NCBI GenBank assembly: GCA_964016885.1
Contig: OZ024744.1
Location: 115,196,001 to 115,260,000, forward strand
Origin: Eledone cirrhosa
Lineage: Eukaryota
Length of the DNA: 64,000 nt
Reading direction: 5' to 3'
Below are positions 51,801 through 64,000 of this stretch, in pieces; the stretch's first letter is position 1; each line of letters begins with the position of its first letter. The position numbers and the translations under genes were made by a program. Under the pieces are notes generated by a model that did no database searches, was not told where the DNA came from, and was given only the letters and a program-made list of their open reading frames with translations.

Positions 51801-54800
51801 GTTTGTGTGTGTGTTTGTGTGTGTATGTTTGTGTATGTATGCTTGTGTGTGTATGTTTGTGTATGTATGCTTGTGTGTGTATGTTAGTGTGTGTATGTTA
51901 GTGTGTGTATGCTTGTGTGTGTATGCTTGTGTGTGTATGTTTGTGTGTGTATGTTTGTGTGTGTATGTTTGTGTGTGTATGTTTGTGTGTGTATGTTTGT
52001 GTATGTATGCTTGTGTGTGTATGAATGTGTGTGTATGTTTGTGTGTGTATGTTTGTGTGTGTATACTTGTGTGTGTATGTTTGTGTGTGTATGTTTGTGT
52101 GTGTATGTTTGTGTGTGTATGTTTGTGTGTGTATGCTTGTGTGTGTATGTTTGTGTATGTATGTTTGTGTGTGTATGTTTGTGTGTGTATGTTTGTGTGT
52201 GTGTTTGTGTGTGTACGTTTGTGTATGTACGTTTGTGTGTGTATGTTTGTGTGTGTATGTTTGTGTGTGTATGTTTGTGTGTGTATGTTTGTGTATGTAT
52301 GTTTGTGTGTGTACGTTTGTGTGTGTACGTTTGTGTGTGTATGTTTGTGTGTGTATGTTTGTGTATGTATGTTTGTGTGTGTATGTTTGTGTGTGTATAC
52401 TTGTATGTGTATGTTTGTGTGTGTATATTTGTGTATGTACGTTTGTGTGTGTATGTTTGTGTGTATGTTTGCGTGTGTATGTTTGTGTATGTATGTTTGT
52501 GTATGTATGTTTGTGTATGTATGCTTGTGTGTGTATGTTTGTGTGTGTATGTTTGTGTGTGTATGTTTGTGTATGTATGTTTGTGTGTGTATGTTTGTGT
52601 ATGTATGTTTGTGTGTGTGTATGCTTGTGTATGTATGTTTGTGTGTGTATGTTTGTGTGTGTATGTTTGTGTGTGTATACTTGTGTGTGTATGTTTGTGT
52701 GTGTATGTTTGTGTATGTATGTTTGTGTATGTATGTTTGTGTGTGTATGTTTGCGTGTGTATGTTTGTGTATGTATGTTTGTGTATGTATGTTTGTGTAT
52801 GTATGCTTGTGTGTGTATGTTTGTGTGTGTATGTTTGTGTGTGTATGTTTGTGTATGTATGTTTGTGTGTGTATGTTTGTGTATGTATGTTTGTGTGTGT
52901 GTATGCTTGTGTATGTATGCTTGTGTGTGTATGTTTGTGTGTGTATGTTTGCGTGTGTATGTTTGTGTATGTATGTTTGTGTATGTATGTTTGTGTATGT
53001 ATGCTTGTGTGTGTATGTTTGTGTGTGTATGTTTGTGTGTGTATGTTTGTGTATGTATGTTTGTGTGTGTATGTTTGTGTGTGTATGTTTGTGTATGTAT
53101 GCTTGTGTGTGTATGTTTGTGTGTGTATACTTGTGTGTGTATGTTTGTGTGTATGTTTGTGTGTGTATGTTTGTGTGTGTATGTTTGTGTGTTTGTTTGT
53201 GTGTGTATGCTTGTGTGTGTGTATTTGTGTGTGTATGTTTGTGTATGTATGCTTGTGTGTGTATGTTTGTGTGCGTATGTTTGTGTATGTATGCTTGTGT
53301 GTGTATGTTTGTGTGTGTATGTTTGTGTGTGTATGTTTGTGTATGTATGCTTGTGTGTGTATGTTTGTGAGTGAATACCTGTGTGTGTATGTTTGTGTAT
53401 GTATGTTTGTGTGTGTATGTTTGTGTGTGTATGTTTGTGTATGTATGCTTGTGTGTGTATGTTTGTGTGTGTATGTTTGTGTGTGTATGTTTGTGTATGT
53501 ATGTTTGTGTGTGTATGTTTGTGTGTGTATGTTTGTGTATGTATGCTTGTGTGTGTATGTTTGTGTGTGTATACTTGTGTGTGTATGTTTGTGTGTGTAT
53601 GTTTGTGTGTGTAAGTTTGTGTGTGTTTGTTTGTGTGTGTATGCTTGTGTGTGTATATTTGTGTGTGTATGTTTGTGTATGTATGCTTGTGTGTGTATGT
53701 TTGTGTGCGTATGTTTGTGTATCTATGCTTGTGTGTGTATGTTTGTGTGTGTATGTTTGTGTGGGTATGTTTGTGTATGTATGCTTGTGTGTGTATGTTT
53801 GTGTGTGTATACTTGTGTGTGTATGTTTGTGTGTGTATGTTTGTGTGTGTTTGTTTGTGTGTGTATGCTTGTGTGTGTATATTTGTGTGTGTATGTTTGT
53901 GTATGTATGCTTGTGTGTGTATGTTTGTGTGCGTATGTTTGTGTATCTATGCTTGTCTGTGTATGTTTGTGTGTGTATGTTTGTGTATGTATGTTTGTGT
54001 GTGTATGTTTGTGTATGTATGCTTGTGTATGTATGCTTGTGTATGTATGTTTGTGTGTGTATGTTTGTGTGTCTATATTTGTGTGTGTACGTTAGTGTGT
54101 GTATGTTTGTGTGTATGTTTGTGTATGTATGCTTGTGTGTGTATGTTCGTGTGTGTATGTTTGTGTGTGTATACTTGTGTGTGTATGTTTGTGTGTGTAT
54201 ATTTGTGTGTATGTTTGTGTGTGTTTGTGTGTATGCTTGTGTATGTATGTGTGTGTATGTATGTGTGTGTATGTATGTTTGTGTGTGTATGATTGTGTGT
54301 GTATGTTTGTGTGTGTATGTTTGTGTATGTATGTTTGTGTATGTATGTTTGTGTATGTATGTTTGTGTGTGTATGTTTGTGTGTGTATGCTTGTGTGTGT
54401 ATGCTTGTGTGTGTATGTTTGTGTGTGTATGTTTGTGTGTGTATGCTTGTGTGTGTATGTTTGTGTATGTATGTTTGTGTGTGTATGTTTGTGTGTGTAT
54501 GTTTGTGTGTGTATGCTTGTGTGTATGTTTGTGTGTGTATGTTTGTGTGTGTATGTTTGTGTGTGTATGTTTGTGTGTGTATGTTTGTGTGTGTTTGTTT
54601 GTGTGTGTATGCTTGTGTGTGTATGCTTGTGTGTGTATGTTTGCGTGTGTATGTTTGTGTGTGTATGTTTGTGTGTGTATGCTGGTGTGTGTATGTTTGT
54701 GTATGTATGCTTGTGTGTGTATGTTTGTGTATGCATGTTTGTGTGTGTATGTTTGTATGTGTATGTTTGTGTGTGTATGTTTGTGTGTGTATGTTAGTGT

Positions 54801-57800
54801 ATGTATGTTTGTGTGTGTATGTTTGTGTGTGTATGTTTGTGTGTGTTTGTGTGTGTATGTTTGTGTGTGTGTTTGTGTGTGTATGTTTGTGTATGTATGC
54901 TTGTGTGTGTATGTTTGTGTGTGTATGTTTGTGTATGTATGCTTGTGTGTGTATGTTTGTGTGTGTATGTTTGTGTGTGTATGTTTGTGTGTGTATGTTT
55001 GTGTGTGTATGTTTGTGTATGTATGCTTGTGTGTGTATGATTGTGTGTGTATGTTTGTGTGTGTATACTTGTGTGTGTATGTTTGTGTGTGTATGTTTGT
55101 GTGTGTATGTTTGTGTGTGTATGTTTGTGTGTGTATGTTTGTGTGTGTATGCTTGTGTGTGTATGTTTGTGTGTGTATGTTTGTGTATGTATGTTTGTGT
55201 GTGTATGTTTGTGTGTGTATGTTTGTGTGTGTGTTTGTGTGTGTATGTTTGTGTGTGTACGTTTGTGTGTGTATGTTTGTGTGTGTATGTTTGTGTGTGT
55301 ATGTTTGTGTGTGTATGTTTGTGTATGTATGTTTGTGTGTGTACGTTTGTGTGTGTATGTTTGTGTGTGTATGTTTGTGTGTGTATGTTTGTGTGTGTAT
55401 GTTTGTGTATGTATGTTTGTGTGTGTATGTTTGTGTGTGTATACTTGTGTGTGTATGTTTGTGTGTGTATGTTTGTGTATGTATGTTTGTGTGTGTATGT
55501 TTGCGTGTGTATGTTTGCGTGTGTATGTTTGTGTATGTATGTTTGTGTATGTATGTTTGTGTATGTATGCTTGTGTGTGTATGTTTGTGTGTGTATGTTT
55601 GTGCGTGTATGTTTGTGTATGTATGTTTGTGTGTGTATGTTTGTGTATGTATGTTTGTGTGTGTGTATGCTTGTGTATGTATGCTTGTGTGTGTATGTTT
55701 GTGTGTGTATGTTTGCGTGTGTATGTTTGTGTATGTATGTTTGTGTATGTATGTTTGTGTATGTATGCTTGTGTGTGTATGTTTGTGTGTGTATGTTTGT
55801 GTGTGTATGTTTGTGTATGTATGTTTGTGTGTGTATGTTTGTGTGTGTATGTTTGTGTATGTATGCTTGTGTGTGTATGTTTGTGTGTGTATACTTGTGT
55901 GTGTATGTTTGTGTGTGTATGTTTGTGTGTGTATGTTTGTGTGTGCATGTTTGTGTGTGTTTGTTTGTGTGTGTATGCTTGTGTGTGTATATTTGTTTGT
56001 GTATGTATGCTTGTGTGCGTATGTTTGTGTATGTATGCTTGTGTGTGTATGTTTGTGTGTGTATGTTTGTGTGTGTATGTTTGTGTATGTATGCTTGTGT
56101 GTGTATGTTTGTGTGTGAATACCTGTGTGTGTATGTTTGTGTATGTATGTTTGTGTGTGTATGTTTGTGTGTGTATGTTTGTGTATGTATGCTTGTGTGT
56201 GTATGTTTGTGTATGTATGTTTGTGTGTGTATGTTTGTGTATGTATGCTTGTGGGTGTATATTTGTGTGTGTATACTTGTGTGTGTATGTTTGTGTCTGT
56301 ATGTTTGTGTGTGTATGTTTGTGTGTGTTTGTTTGTGTGTGTATGCTTGTGTGTGTATATTTGTGTGTGTATGTTTGTGTATGTATGCTTGTGTGTGTAT
56401 GTTTGTGTGCGTATGTTTGTGTATCTATGCTTGTGTGTGTATGTTTGTGTGTGTATGTTTGTGTGTGTATGTTTGTGTATGTATGCTTGTGTGTGTATGT
56501 TTGTGTGTGTATACTTGTGTGTGTATGTTTGTGTGTGTATGTTTGTGTTTGTTTGTGTGTGTATGCTTGTGTGTGTATATTTGTGTGTGTATGTTTGTGT
56601 ATGTATGCTTGTGTGTGTATGCTTGTGTGTGTATGTTTGTGTGCGTATGTTTGTGTATCTATGCTTGTCTGTGTATGTTTGTGTGTGTATGTTTGTGTAT
56701 GTATGTTTGTGTATGTATGTTTGTGTGTGTATGTTTGTGTATGTATGCTTGTGTATGTATGTTTGTGTGTGTATGTTTGTGTGTGTATATTTGTGTGTGT
56801 ACGTTAGTGTGTGTATGTTTGTGTGTATGTTTGTGTATGTATGCTTGTGTGTGTATGATTGTGTGTGTATGTTTGTGTGTGTATGTTTGTGTGTGTATAC
56901 TTGTGTGTGTATGTTTGTGTGTGTATATTTGTGTGTGTATGTTTGTGTGTGTTTGTGTGTATGCTTGTGTATGTATGTGTGTGTATGTATGTTTGTGTGT
57001 GTATGATTGTGTGTGTATGTTTGTGTGTGTATGTTTGTGTATGTATGTTTGTGTATGTATGTTTGTGTGTGTATGTTTGTGTGTGTATGCTTGTGTGTGT
57101 ATGCTTGTGTGTGTATGTTTGTGTGTGTATGTTTGTGTGTGTATGCTTGTGTGTGTATGTTTTTGTATGTATGTTTGTGTGTGTATGTTTGTGTGTGTAT
57201 GTTTGTGTGTGTATGCTTGTGTGTATGTTTGTGTGTGTATGTTTGTGTGTGTATGTTTGTGTGTGTATGTTTGTGTGTGTTTGTATGTGTGTGTTTGTAT
57301 GTGTGTGTATGCTTGTGTGTGTATGTTTGTGTGTGTATGTTTGTGTGTGTATGTTTGTGTGTGTATGCTGGTGTGTGTATGTTTGTGTATGTATGCTTGT
57401 GTGTGTATGTTTGTGTATGCATGTTTGTGTGTGTATGTTTGTATGTGTATGTTTGTGTGTGTATGTTTGTGTATGTATGTTTTTGTGTGTATGTTTGTGT
57501 GTGTATGTTTGTGTGTGTATGTTTGTGTTTGTATGCTTGTGTGTGTATGTTTGTGTATGTATGCTTGTGTGTGTATGCATGTTTGTGTGTGTATGTTTGT
57601 ATGTGTATGTTTGTGTGTGTATGTTTGTGTGTGTTTACTTGTGTGTGTATGTTAGTGTGTGTATGTTTGTGTGTGTATGTTTGTGTGTGTATGTTTGTGT
57701 GTGTATGTTTGTGTATGTATGCTTGTGTGTGTATGATTGTATGTGTATGTTTGTGTGTGTATACTTGTGTGTGTATGTTTGTGTGTGTATGTTTGTGTGT

Positions 57801-59330
57801 GTATGTTTGTGTGTGTATGTTTGTGTGTGTATTTTTGTGTGTGTATGCTTGTGTGTGTATATTTGTGTGTGTATGTTTGTGTGTATGCTTGTGTATGTAT
57901 GTGTGTGTATGTATGTTTGTGTGTGTATGATTGTGTGTGTATGTTTGTGTGTGTATGTTTGTGTATGTATGTTTGTGTATGTATGTTTGTGTGTGTATGT
58001 TTGTGTGTGTATGCTTGTGTGTGTATGCTTGTGTGCATGTTTGTGTGTGTATGTTTGTGTGTGTATGCTTGTGTGTGTATGATTGTGTGTGTATGTTTGT
58101 GTGTGTATGCTTGTGTGTATGTTTGTGTGTGTATGTTTGTGTGTGTATGTTTGTGTGTGTATGCTTGTGTGTGTATGTTTGTGTGTGTATGTTTGTGTGT
58201 GTATGTTTGTGTGTGTATGTTTGTGTGTGTATGCTTGTGTGTATGTTTGGGTGTGTATGTTTGTGTGTGTATGCTTGTGTGTGTATGTTTGTGTATGTAT
58301 GTTTGTGTGTGTATGTTTGTGTGTGTATGTTTGTGTGTGTATGCTTGTGTGTGTATGTTTGTGTGTGTATGTTTGTGTGTGTATGCTTTTGTGTGTATGT
58401 TTGTGTATGTATGTTTGTGTGTGTATGTTTGTGTGTGTATGTTTGTGTGTGTATGTTTGTGTGTGTATGCTTGTGTGTGTATGTTTGTGTATGTATGCTT
58501 GTGTGTGTATGCATGTTTGTGTGTGTATGTTTGTATGTGTATGTTTGTGTGTGTATGTTTGTGTGTGTTTACTTGTGTGTGTATGTTAGTGTATGTATGT
58601 TTGTGTGGGTATGTTTGTGTGTGTATGTTTCTGTGTGTGTTTGTGTGTGTATGTTTGTGTGTGTGTGTTTGTGTGTGTATGTTTGTGTATGTATGCTTGT
58701 GTGTGTATGTTTGTGTGTGTATGTTTGTGTATGTATGCTTGTGTGTGTATGTTAGTGTGTGTATGCTTGTGTGTGTATGTTTGTGTGTGTATGTTTGTGT
58801 GTGTATGTTTGTGTGTGTATGTTTGTGTATGTATGCTTGTGTGTGTATGTTAGTGTGTGTATGCGTGTGTGTGTATGCTTGTGTGTGTATGTTTATGTGT
58901 GTATGTATGTTTGTGTGTATGTTTGTGTGTCTATGCTTGTTTGAATGTTTGTATGTGTATGTTTGTGTGTGTATGTTTGTGTGTGTATGTTTGTGTGTGT
59001 ATGTCTGTGTGTGTATGTTTGTGTATGTATGTTTGTGTGTGTATGTTTGTGTGTGTATGTTTGTGCATGTATGTTTGTGTGTGTATGCTTGTGTGTGTAT
59101 GTTTGTGTGTATGTTTGTGTGTCTATGCTTTTTGTATGTTTGTGTGTGTATATCTGTGTGTGTATGTTTGTGTATGTATGTTTGTGTGTGTATGTCTGTG
59201 TGTGTATGTTTGTGTATGTATGTTTGTATGTGTATGCTTATGTGTGTATGCTTGTGTGTATGCTTGTGTGTGTATGTTTGTGTGTGTATGCTTGTGTGTA
59301 TATGTTTGTGTGTGTATGTTTGTGTGTGTA
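45875..59330. repeat. ~13.5-kb satellite of the 12-bp unit GTGTGTATGTTT
   Basis: Direct tandem repetition with gctt/gtat/acgt variants. Confidence 0.98.
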
Positions 59331-59340
59331 CATATATATA

Positions 59341-59637
59341 AATATACACCAGATGAAAATATCTACCAGATGTAAATATACACCATATGAAAATATACAC
59401 CAGATGAAAATATACACCAGATGTAAATATACACCAGATTAAAATATACACCAGATATAAATATACACCAGATGAAAATATACACCAGATGAAAATATAC
59501 ACCTGATGAAAATATACACCAGATGTAAATATACACCAGATGTAAATATACACCAGATGAAAATATACACCTGATGAAAATATACACCAGAAGTAAAAAT
59601 ACACCAGATGTAAATATATACCAGATGAAAATCTCTA
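59341..59637. repeat. 17-bp minisatellite AATATACACCAGATG(A/T)A
   Basis: About 17 tandem copies. Confidence 0.95.
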
Positions 59638-59839
59638 CATAATTTCACAACAGTGGAGTGACATCAGACATCCAACAAATGCTCCTTACAAACAAATGTT
59701 TTTGCATCTGTTTGAAAGTATGTCGGTATCTGATGTATGGGAAGGCATAGAATTTTAAAGAAATAGAAAGAAAGTGACGTCTTAACGAGTATGCCACACC
59801 TTCAACTAACTTACCCTCCACCTCTGGGTCTCGGTATCT

Positions 59840-60200
59840 GACAGGATGGAGAAGACATTGCTCCAGAGGACAGCAAGGGAGACATATTGGAACAACCACT
59901 TTACCTTGCACCTGCAGATGGCCAACTCCGATTTGATAGCAGAGAGTTGGGATGTGGTCTGGGGACCAAGAACACAGGAAGTCTCCACTGCTACAGGGTC
60001 TACCACAAACCTATCATATCAGTAGGGATGTGGGCTGTGGACCAAGAACACAGGAAGTCTCCACTGCTACAGGGTCTACCACAAACCTATCATATCAGTA
60101 GGGATGTGGGTTGGGGACCAAGAACACAGGAAGTCTCCACTGCTACAAACCTATCAGAGAACGTCCAATACTTGGACAGTTTGCCCTTTTCGACTTGGCG
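59840..60200 (-). mobile_element. Second CRE-like 3' fragment with a 76-bp unit repeated ~2.5x
   Basis: PVAVETSCVLGP..WLFQYVSLAVLWSN..SIL matches the 31506 element; accaagaacacaggaagtctcc recurs at 59965, 60041 and 60117. Confidence 0.7.
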
Positions 60201-60499
60201 GGCAGCAGAGCATAGGCTGGATGTTATATTGCAAATACCATTGTGCTGCAGTTTGATCATTTTTATTAAGGATCTTTCCTACATCCTTAACAGTTATTTA
60301 TGCTTAGTTTAGAATCATTGTGTGTTTTAATGTTTCAGGCCTTAATGACTACAGCTTTAGGGTACAGGAGGAAGCTTTAGGGTACAGGAGGATAAAAAAA
60401 TCTGCCCCATTGTCCTGTTTCATCTGGTGACTCAAGGATTAAGGGGTCAACATCGCACATTGTATGGAGTATTCTAGATAGGGCTCACTCTTACCAATC

Positions 60500-61765
60500 C
60501 AGGGGCTGCCATTTACATATATCTGTATCACACTTCAGGAAGGTTATTCAACATCGGGCACTTTGGTGCAAGCACGAAGGTAAATAACATCTATAATACA
60601 AGAGTTTTTGTATGCAGATGACTGCGATCTTTTTGCGCACTCACAAAGTGACATGCAGCATATTATGAGCTCTTTTTCTGAAGTTTGCAGTGCTTTGGGC
60701 CTCACAATAAGCTTGGAAAAGACTGTTGTGATGTATCAGCCAGTACCTGGGAAGGAATACACTACACCAAGTGTGTATGTGTACAGAAAGAGGCTAAAAG
60801 TTGCCGACAAGTTTGTTTACCATGGTAGTACGTTGAACAATTCATGCACACTTGATGAAATATCCTTAAGAATCAAGAAACCCAGTGATGCTTTTGGACA
60901 GCTGAATGGTCCAGATGTGGTATCACTATCGAAACCAAGGTGAAAGTGTATCTGACTTGTGTCGTCTCCTCTTTGCTTTATGCTTGTGAAACGTGGGTCA
61001 CATACAGAAAGCACCTCAAGGAACTGGAGAGATTTCACCAACAATCTCTTTGAAACTTACTTGGGGTGCGATGGAAAATGTTCGTCAGTGATTTGGAAGT
61101 TCTCGAATGGGGCAGGTACATGACTATAGAGAGCATGTTCTTTCAGCATCAGTTGAGGTGGTGTGGACATATGGTCCGGATGTCTGATGATCGTATTCCA
61201 AAGTAACTACGAAGAACTGTGTGAAGGATGGTGACCACCACACAAACCAAAAATACAGTACCGGAGCTGTGTCAGAGGCACCTTGGCTTGCACAGCAATT
61301 TAATCTGCCGAATGGGAGAAAATGGCTGAGGAGCAAGTGAAGTGGAGAGGTTTAATCTAGTCAGGTAGTGAACACTTTTAAACCTGTCAGAGAGAACACC
61401 TAACACTGAAAAGGAAGGTAAGGAAAGGAGACTGTTCTGAACTGCCTGCTGTTGAGCAACATCTGGTTTGCCAGCACTATGGTCAAGTCTGCCTGAGTAA
61501 AGCTGGTTTGACTAGACACAAACAAAGTCATATCAATAGACCTCATGTTGATTATGATCTGAAAAGGTGTAAGGAATGTGGCAAGGAATGTGCTAGCATG
61601 GGAGGTCTTAAAAGACACATGAGAACAGACAGCCAGAACCAAGCCGTGGAAGGTCTCAGGGGGTCTACAGTTGCCATGGGTGTGTCAGAGGCTGGTTTAA
61701 AGAGCCACATTTGTGCCTCACATTTCTGAGCATTTTATCAGGTGATGGCAATGCTCAAACTCAAG
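60500..61765 (+). mobile_element. Decayed RTE family B 3' half
   Basis: LYADDCDL..LGLTISLEKT, LLYACETW, QLRWCGH, C2H2 fingers CKECGKECASMGGLKRHMR. Confidence 0.88.
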
Positions 61766-61777
61766 TTTGTGGCCATC

Positions 61778-62010
61778 ATGTATACATGTATGTATGTATG
61801 TGTATGTATATATGTAAGTATGTGTATGTATATATGTAAGTATGTGTATGTATATATGTATGTATGTATATGTATGTATGTGTGCATGATTATGTATATG
61901 TGTGTGTGTATGTATGTATGTATATCTGAATGTATATGTGTATATGTATGTGTGTGCATGTATGTATATATGTATGTGTATAGGTATGTATGTATATATA
62001 TGTATATTTA
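61778..62010. repeat. (TATG)n-type microsatellite
   Basis: Direct reading. Confidence 0.95.
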
Positions 62011-62227
62011 TTTAAACAAAGAGAAGTGGAAGTAAAGAGAGGAGATGGAGAGATATGAAAACGAAAAGAAAGAAAGAAAGAAGTCTAAGTAGTAGTAGTA
62101 ATAGTGGTAGTAGTAGTAATAGTAGTAGTAGTGAGCCGTGGGAGAAAGGGACTATGCAAAGTAGTGAGAGTTACGAGAGCAAAGTAAGTTAGTCCTGCAA
62201 AGACCTTTGGTGCTGACCGATGATTAC

Positions 62228-62935
62228 CTGTCGATAGAGCTGACTGAAAATCTGACCAATTCTCAGTGGTGTTCTGGTCACCTGACTCTCTACTATCAAC
62301 CGATGTACTATCAAATTTCTCCTTCAATGTAGATGATGCACTCGAGACAGACATAGATTGCAAGTCGTCCTCAATGGAGTTTAATTGCCTCAAGACAGCA
62401 TATTTGTCTAACTGGTTTGTCGCCATTTCAATCTCCTTCTTCATAGAATGTATTATCGGAGCGGCCTTGAAGTCAGAATATTCATCTTCCACAGCGTTAA
62501 GATCTGCCGTTTTGAACTCAGTGCATCCAGCATTTTTCTTGGCCTTTATTGAACTTAAGTTGGCAAAAGAGCCAACTTTTACAGTGCTGGCTAAATTATT
62601 TGCTCCCGGGGGTTTACTTAATAGAGGGGGAACTACTTCTTTTGAAGGATGTGGGGCAGTAATGGTTGGACTAGGACTTTTGGAAGGGTCATCTGGGTTG
62701 CTTGAAAATAATGTATTCCCTAAGTGTAAAGATCTGCGCGTGGAAGATAAATTTGGGGAGGGAACCTGCTGCATCTTTCGGCGGCTCTTAAAATCGTCAA
62801 CATAAAGATCGAGGGCTTTAAAGTCCTCACCCTCGGACTGCTCCGAAGTGCTGAACTGGCTGGTATCATCACTGGGTTTACTGTCAGCAGACTTGAAGTC
62901 GTCATAATCATCATCAAAGCTATTAGTCGAGGTAC
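62228..62935 (-). CDS. SYNRG: Internal coding exon of a host gene, synergin gamma (AP-1 gamma-ear binding protein)-like; 708 nt, phase 1-1
   Basis: ORF 62085..62966 carries repeated acidic-aromatic motifs (DDDYDDFKSA, EGEDFKA, DDFKS, EDEYSDFKAA, ENWSDFQSA) and DKYAVLRQL, recalling the DxxDF and DKYAVF/DKYSAFREL motifs of synergin gamma. On the minus strand the acceptor tttcttattattcag|G lies at 62935 and the donor CAG|gtaatc at 62228; the length is a multiple of 3. Gene identity is from motif recall, and aftiphilin is the alternative. Confidence 0.65.
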
Positions 62936-63379
62936 CTGAATAATAAGAAATTGCACCTCTAAACACTTTTAAATCATGTTTTAATATTTAAAAACTATTT
63001 AAAAATTAGAAAAAAAAATTAAAATATTAAAAATTTATAATTAAATGGTTTTTACATTTAAAAATAAAATATATAAAATAATAAATATATTTTTGAAAAT
63101 ACATAAACCAATTTGTTAATTAAAAATAAATCAATTATGAGTAAATCAAATCTAAGAGACTTCTTTTTGTTATTTAGCCCCATCTTGTCCCTAATTAATC
63201 ATACATATTATTAAAGACATTCCAGTCGTGACCGTCCAGTCATTTTCCTAGACAGTGAACCCAGGATCGTATTAACCAATGTGTCCTTTACTAAGGCAGT
63301 TAGGAGGGATTTGAAAGAGATTAGATGTTATTTCTAGCAGATCAAGAAAGTAGGCCCCACCACTGTTTCAGATAGATGC

Positions 63380-63612
63380 CAAGCCAGTGTCTTGCTTTAT
63401 GGTGTCAATGTATGTGACATGATGTCCAGAGTCACTACTATGTCCACCATTGCAATCTTCAGTTTCTGGCCAGTGTCCTCACTTAGGCTGTCAATGTATC
63501 TGACATGATGTCCACATTTCTCTGTCCATCATTACCATCTTCAGTTCCAGGCCAGTATCCAGCTTCAAATGGTCAATATATGTGACATGACATCCACTAT
63601 ACTTCCCCACAT
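63380..63612. repeat. Diverged ~85-bp tandem repeat, ~2.7 copies
   Basis: gccagt.tc...gtcaat.tat.tgacatga..tcca...ccatt recurs. Confidence 0.7.
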
Positions 63613-63811
63613 TGTCATGTGAATCCCACAAGACCAGCATCCATGCTCCTTCTTCTGGATGTCATGCACAATTTCCTGATAGACTAAGTGAATTTTCTCT
63701 GAACCTCTAACATTTGGGATCACTCAATACAGGCATCCATTTGTCATATGCTGCTGCTGCAAATAGGAGAGATTTATGAGTCCTGTTTAGAAACACAACA
63801 GAAAACCAGTG

Positions 63812-63998
63812 GAAGATCTGGTCTTGTGACATGTTAAACCTAATGTTACCATATTCCAGAAGATCTGGTCTTATGACATGTTAAACCTAATGTTACCATA
63901 TTCCAGAAGATCTGGTCTTATGACATATTAAACCTAATGTTACCATATTCCAGAAGATCTGGTCTTATGACATGTTAAACCTAATGTTACCATATTCC
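63812..63998. repeat. 47-bp tandem repeat x4
   Basis: gaagatctggtcttatgacatgttaaacctaatgttaccatattcca at 63812, 63859, 63906 and 63953. Confidence 0.97.
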
Positions 63999-64000
63999 TG

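Noticed and set aside
45760-59604. ORFs up to 2612 aa (VCVCM / HTHKHT repeats)
   Set aside because: Products of the 12-bp satellite on both strands; no domain content.
62266-62805. 179-aa plus-strand ORF
   Set aside because: Antisense shadow of the real minus-strand exon.

Overview
Eukaryotic (metazoan) genomic DNA, very probably an octopod cephalopod judging from recalled SINE and RTE families. About 40% is mini/microsatellite and most of the rest is decayed transposons: two RTE LINE families, CR1-like and CRE-like fragments, a Buster-type hAT nested in an RTE, a Helitron-like element, MITEs and two tRNA-SINE families. The only convincing host coding sequence is one 708-nt minus-strand exon (62228-62935) resembling synergin gamma, so much of the window may be one very large intron. 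The most striking unexplained signal is about ten dispersed minimal type-I hammerhead-ribozyme motifs (intact to decayed). Many lie in long fold-back (inverted-repeat) elements of unrelated sequence, 3' ends facing outward next to (TA)n tracts. This fits Penelope-like-element pLTR relics or non-autonomous ribozyme retroelements, and one copy has an unusual 8-nt core (CUGAAUGA). All long ORFs in the satellites are artefacts. Coordinates were read by eye and element boundaries are approximate.
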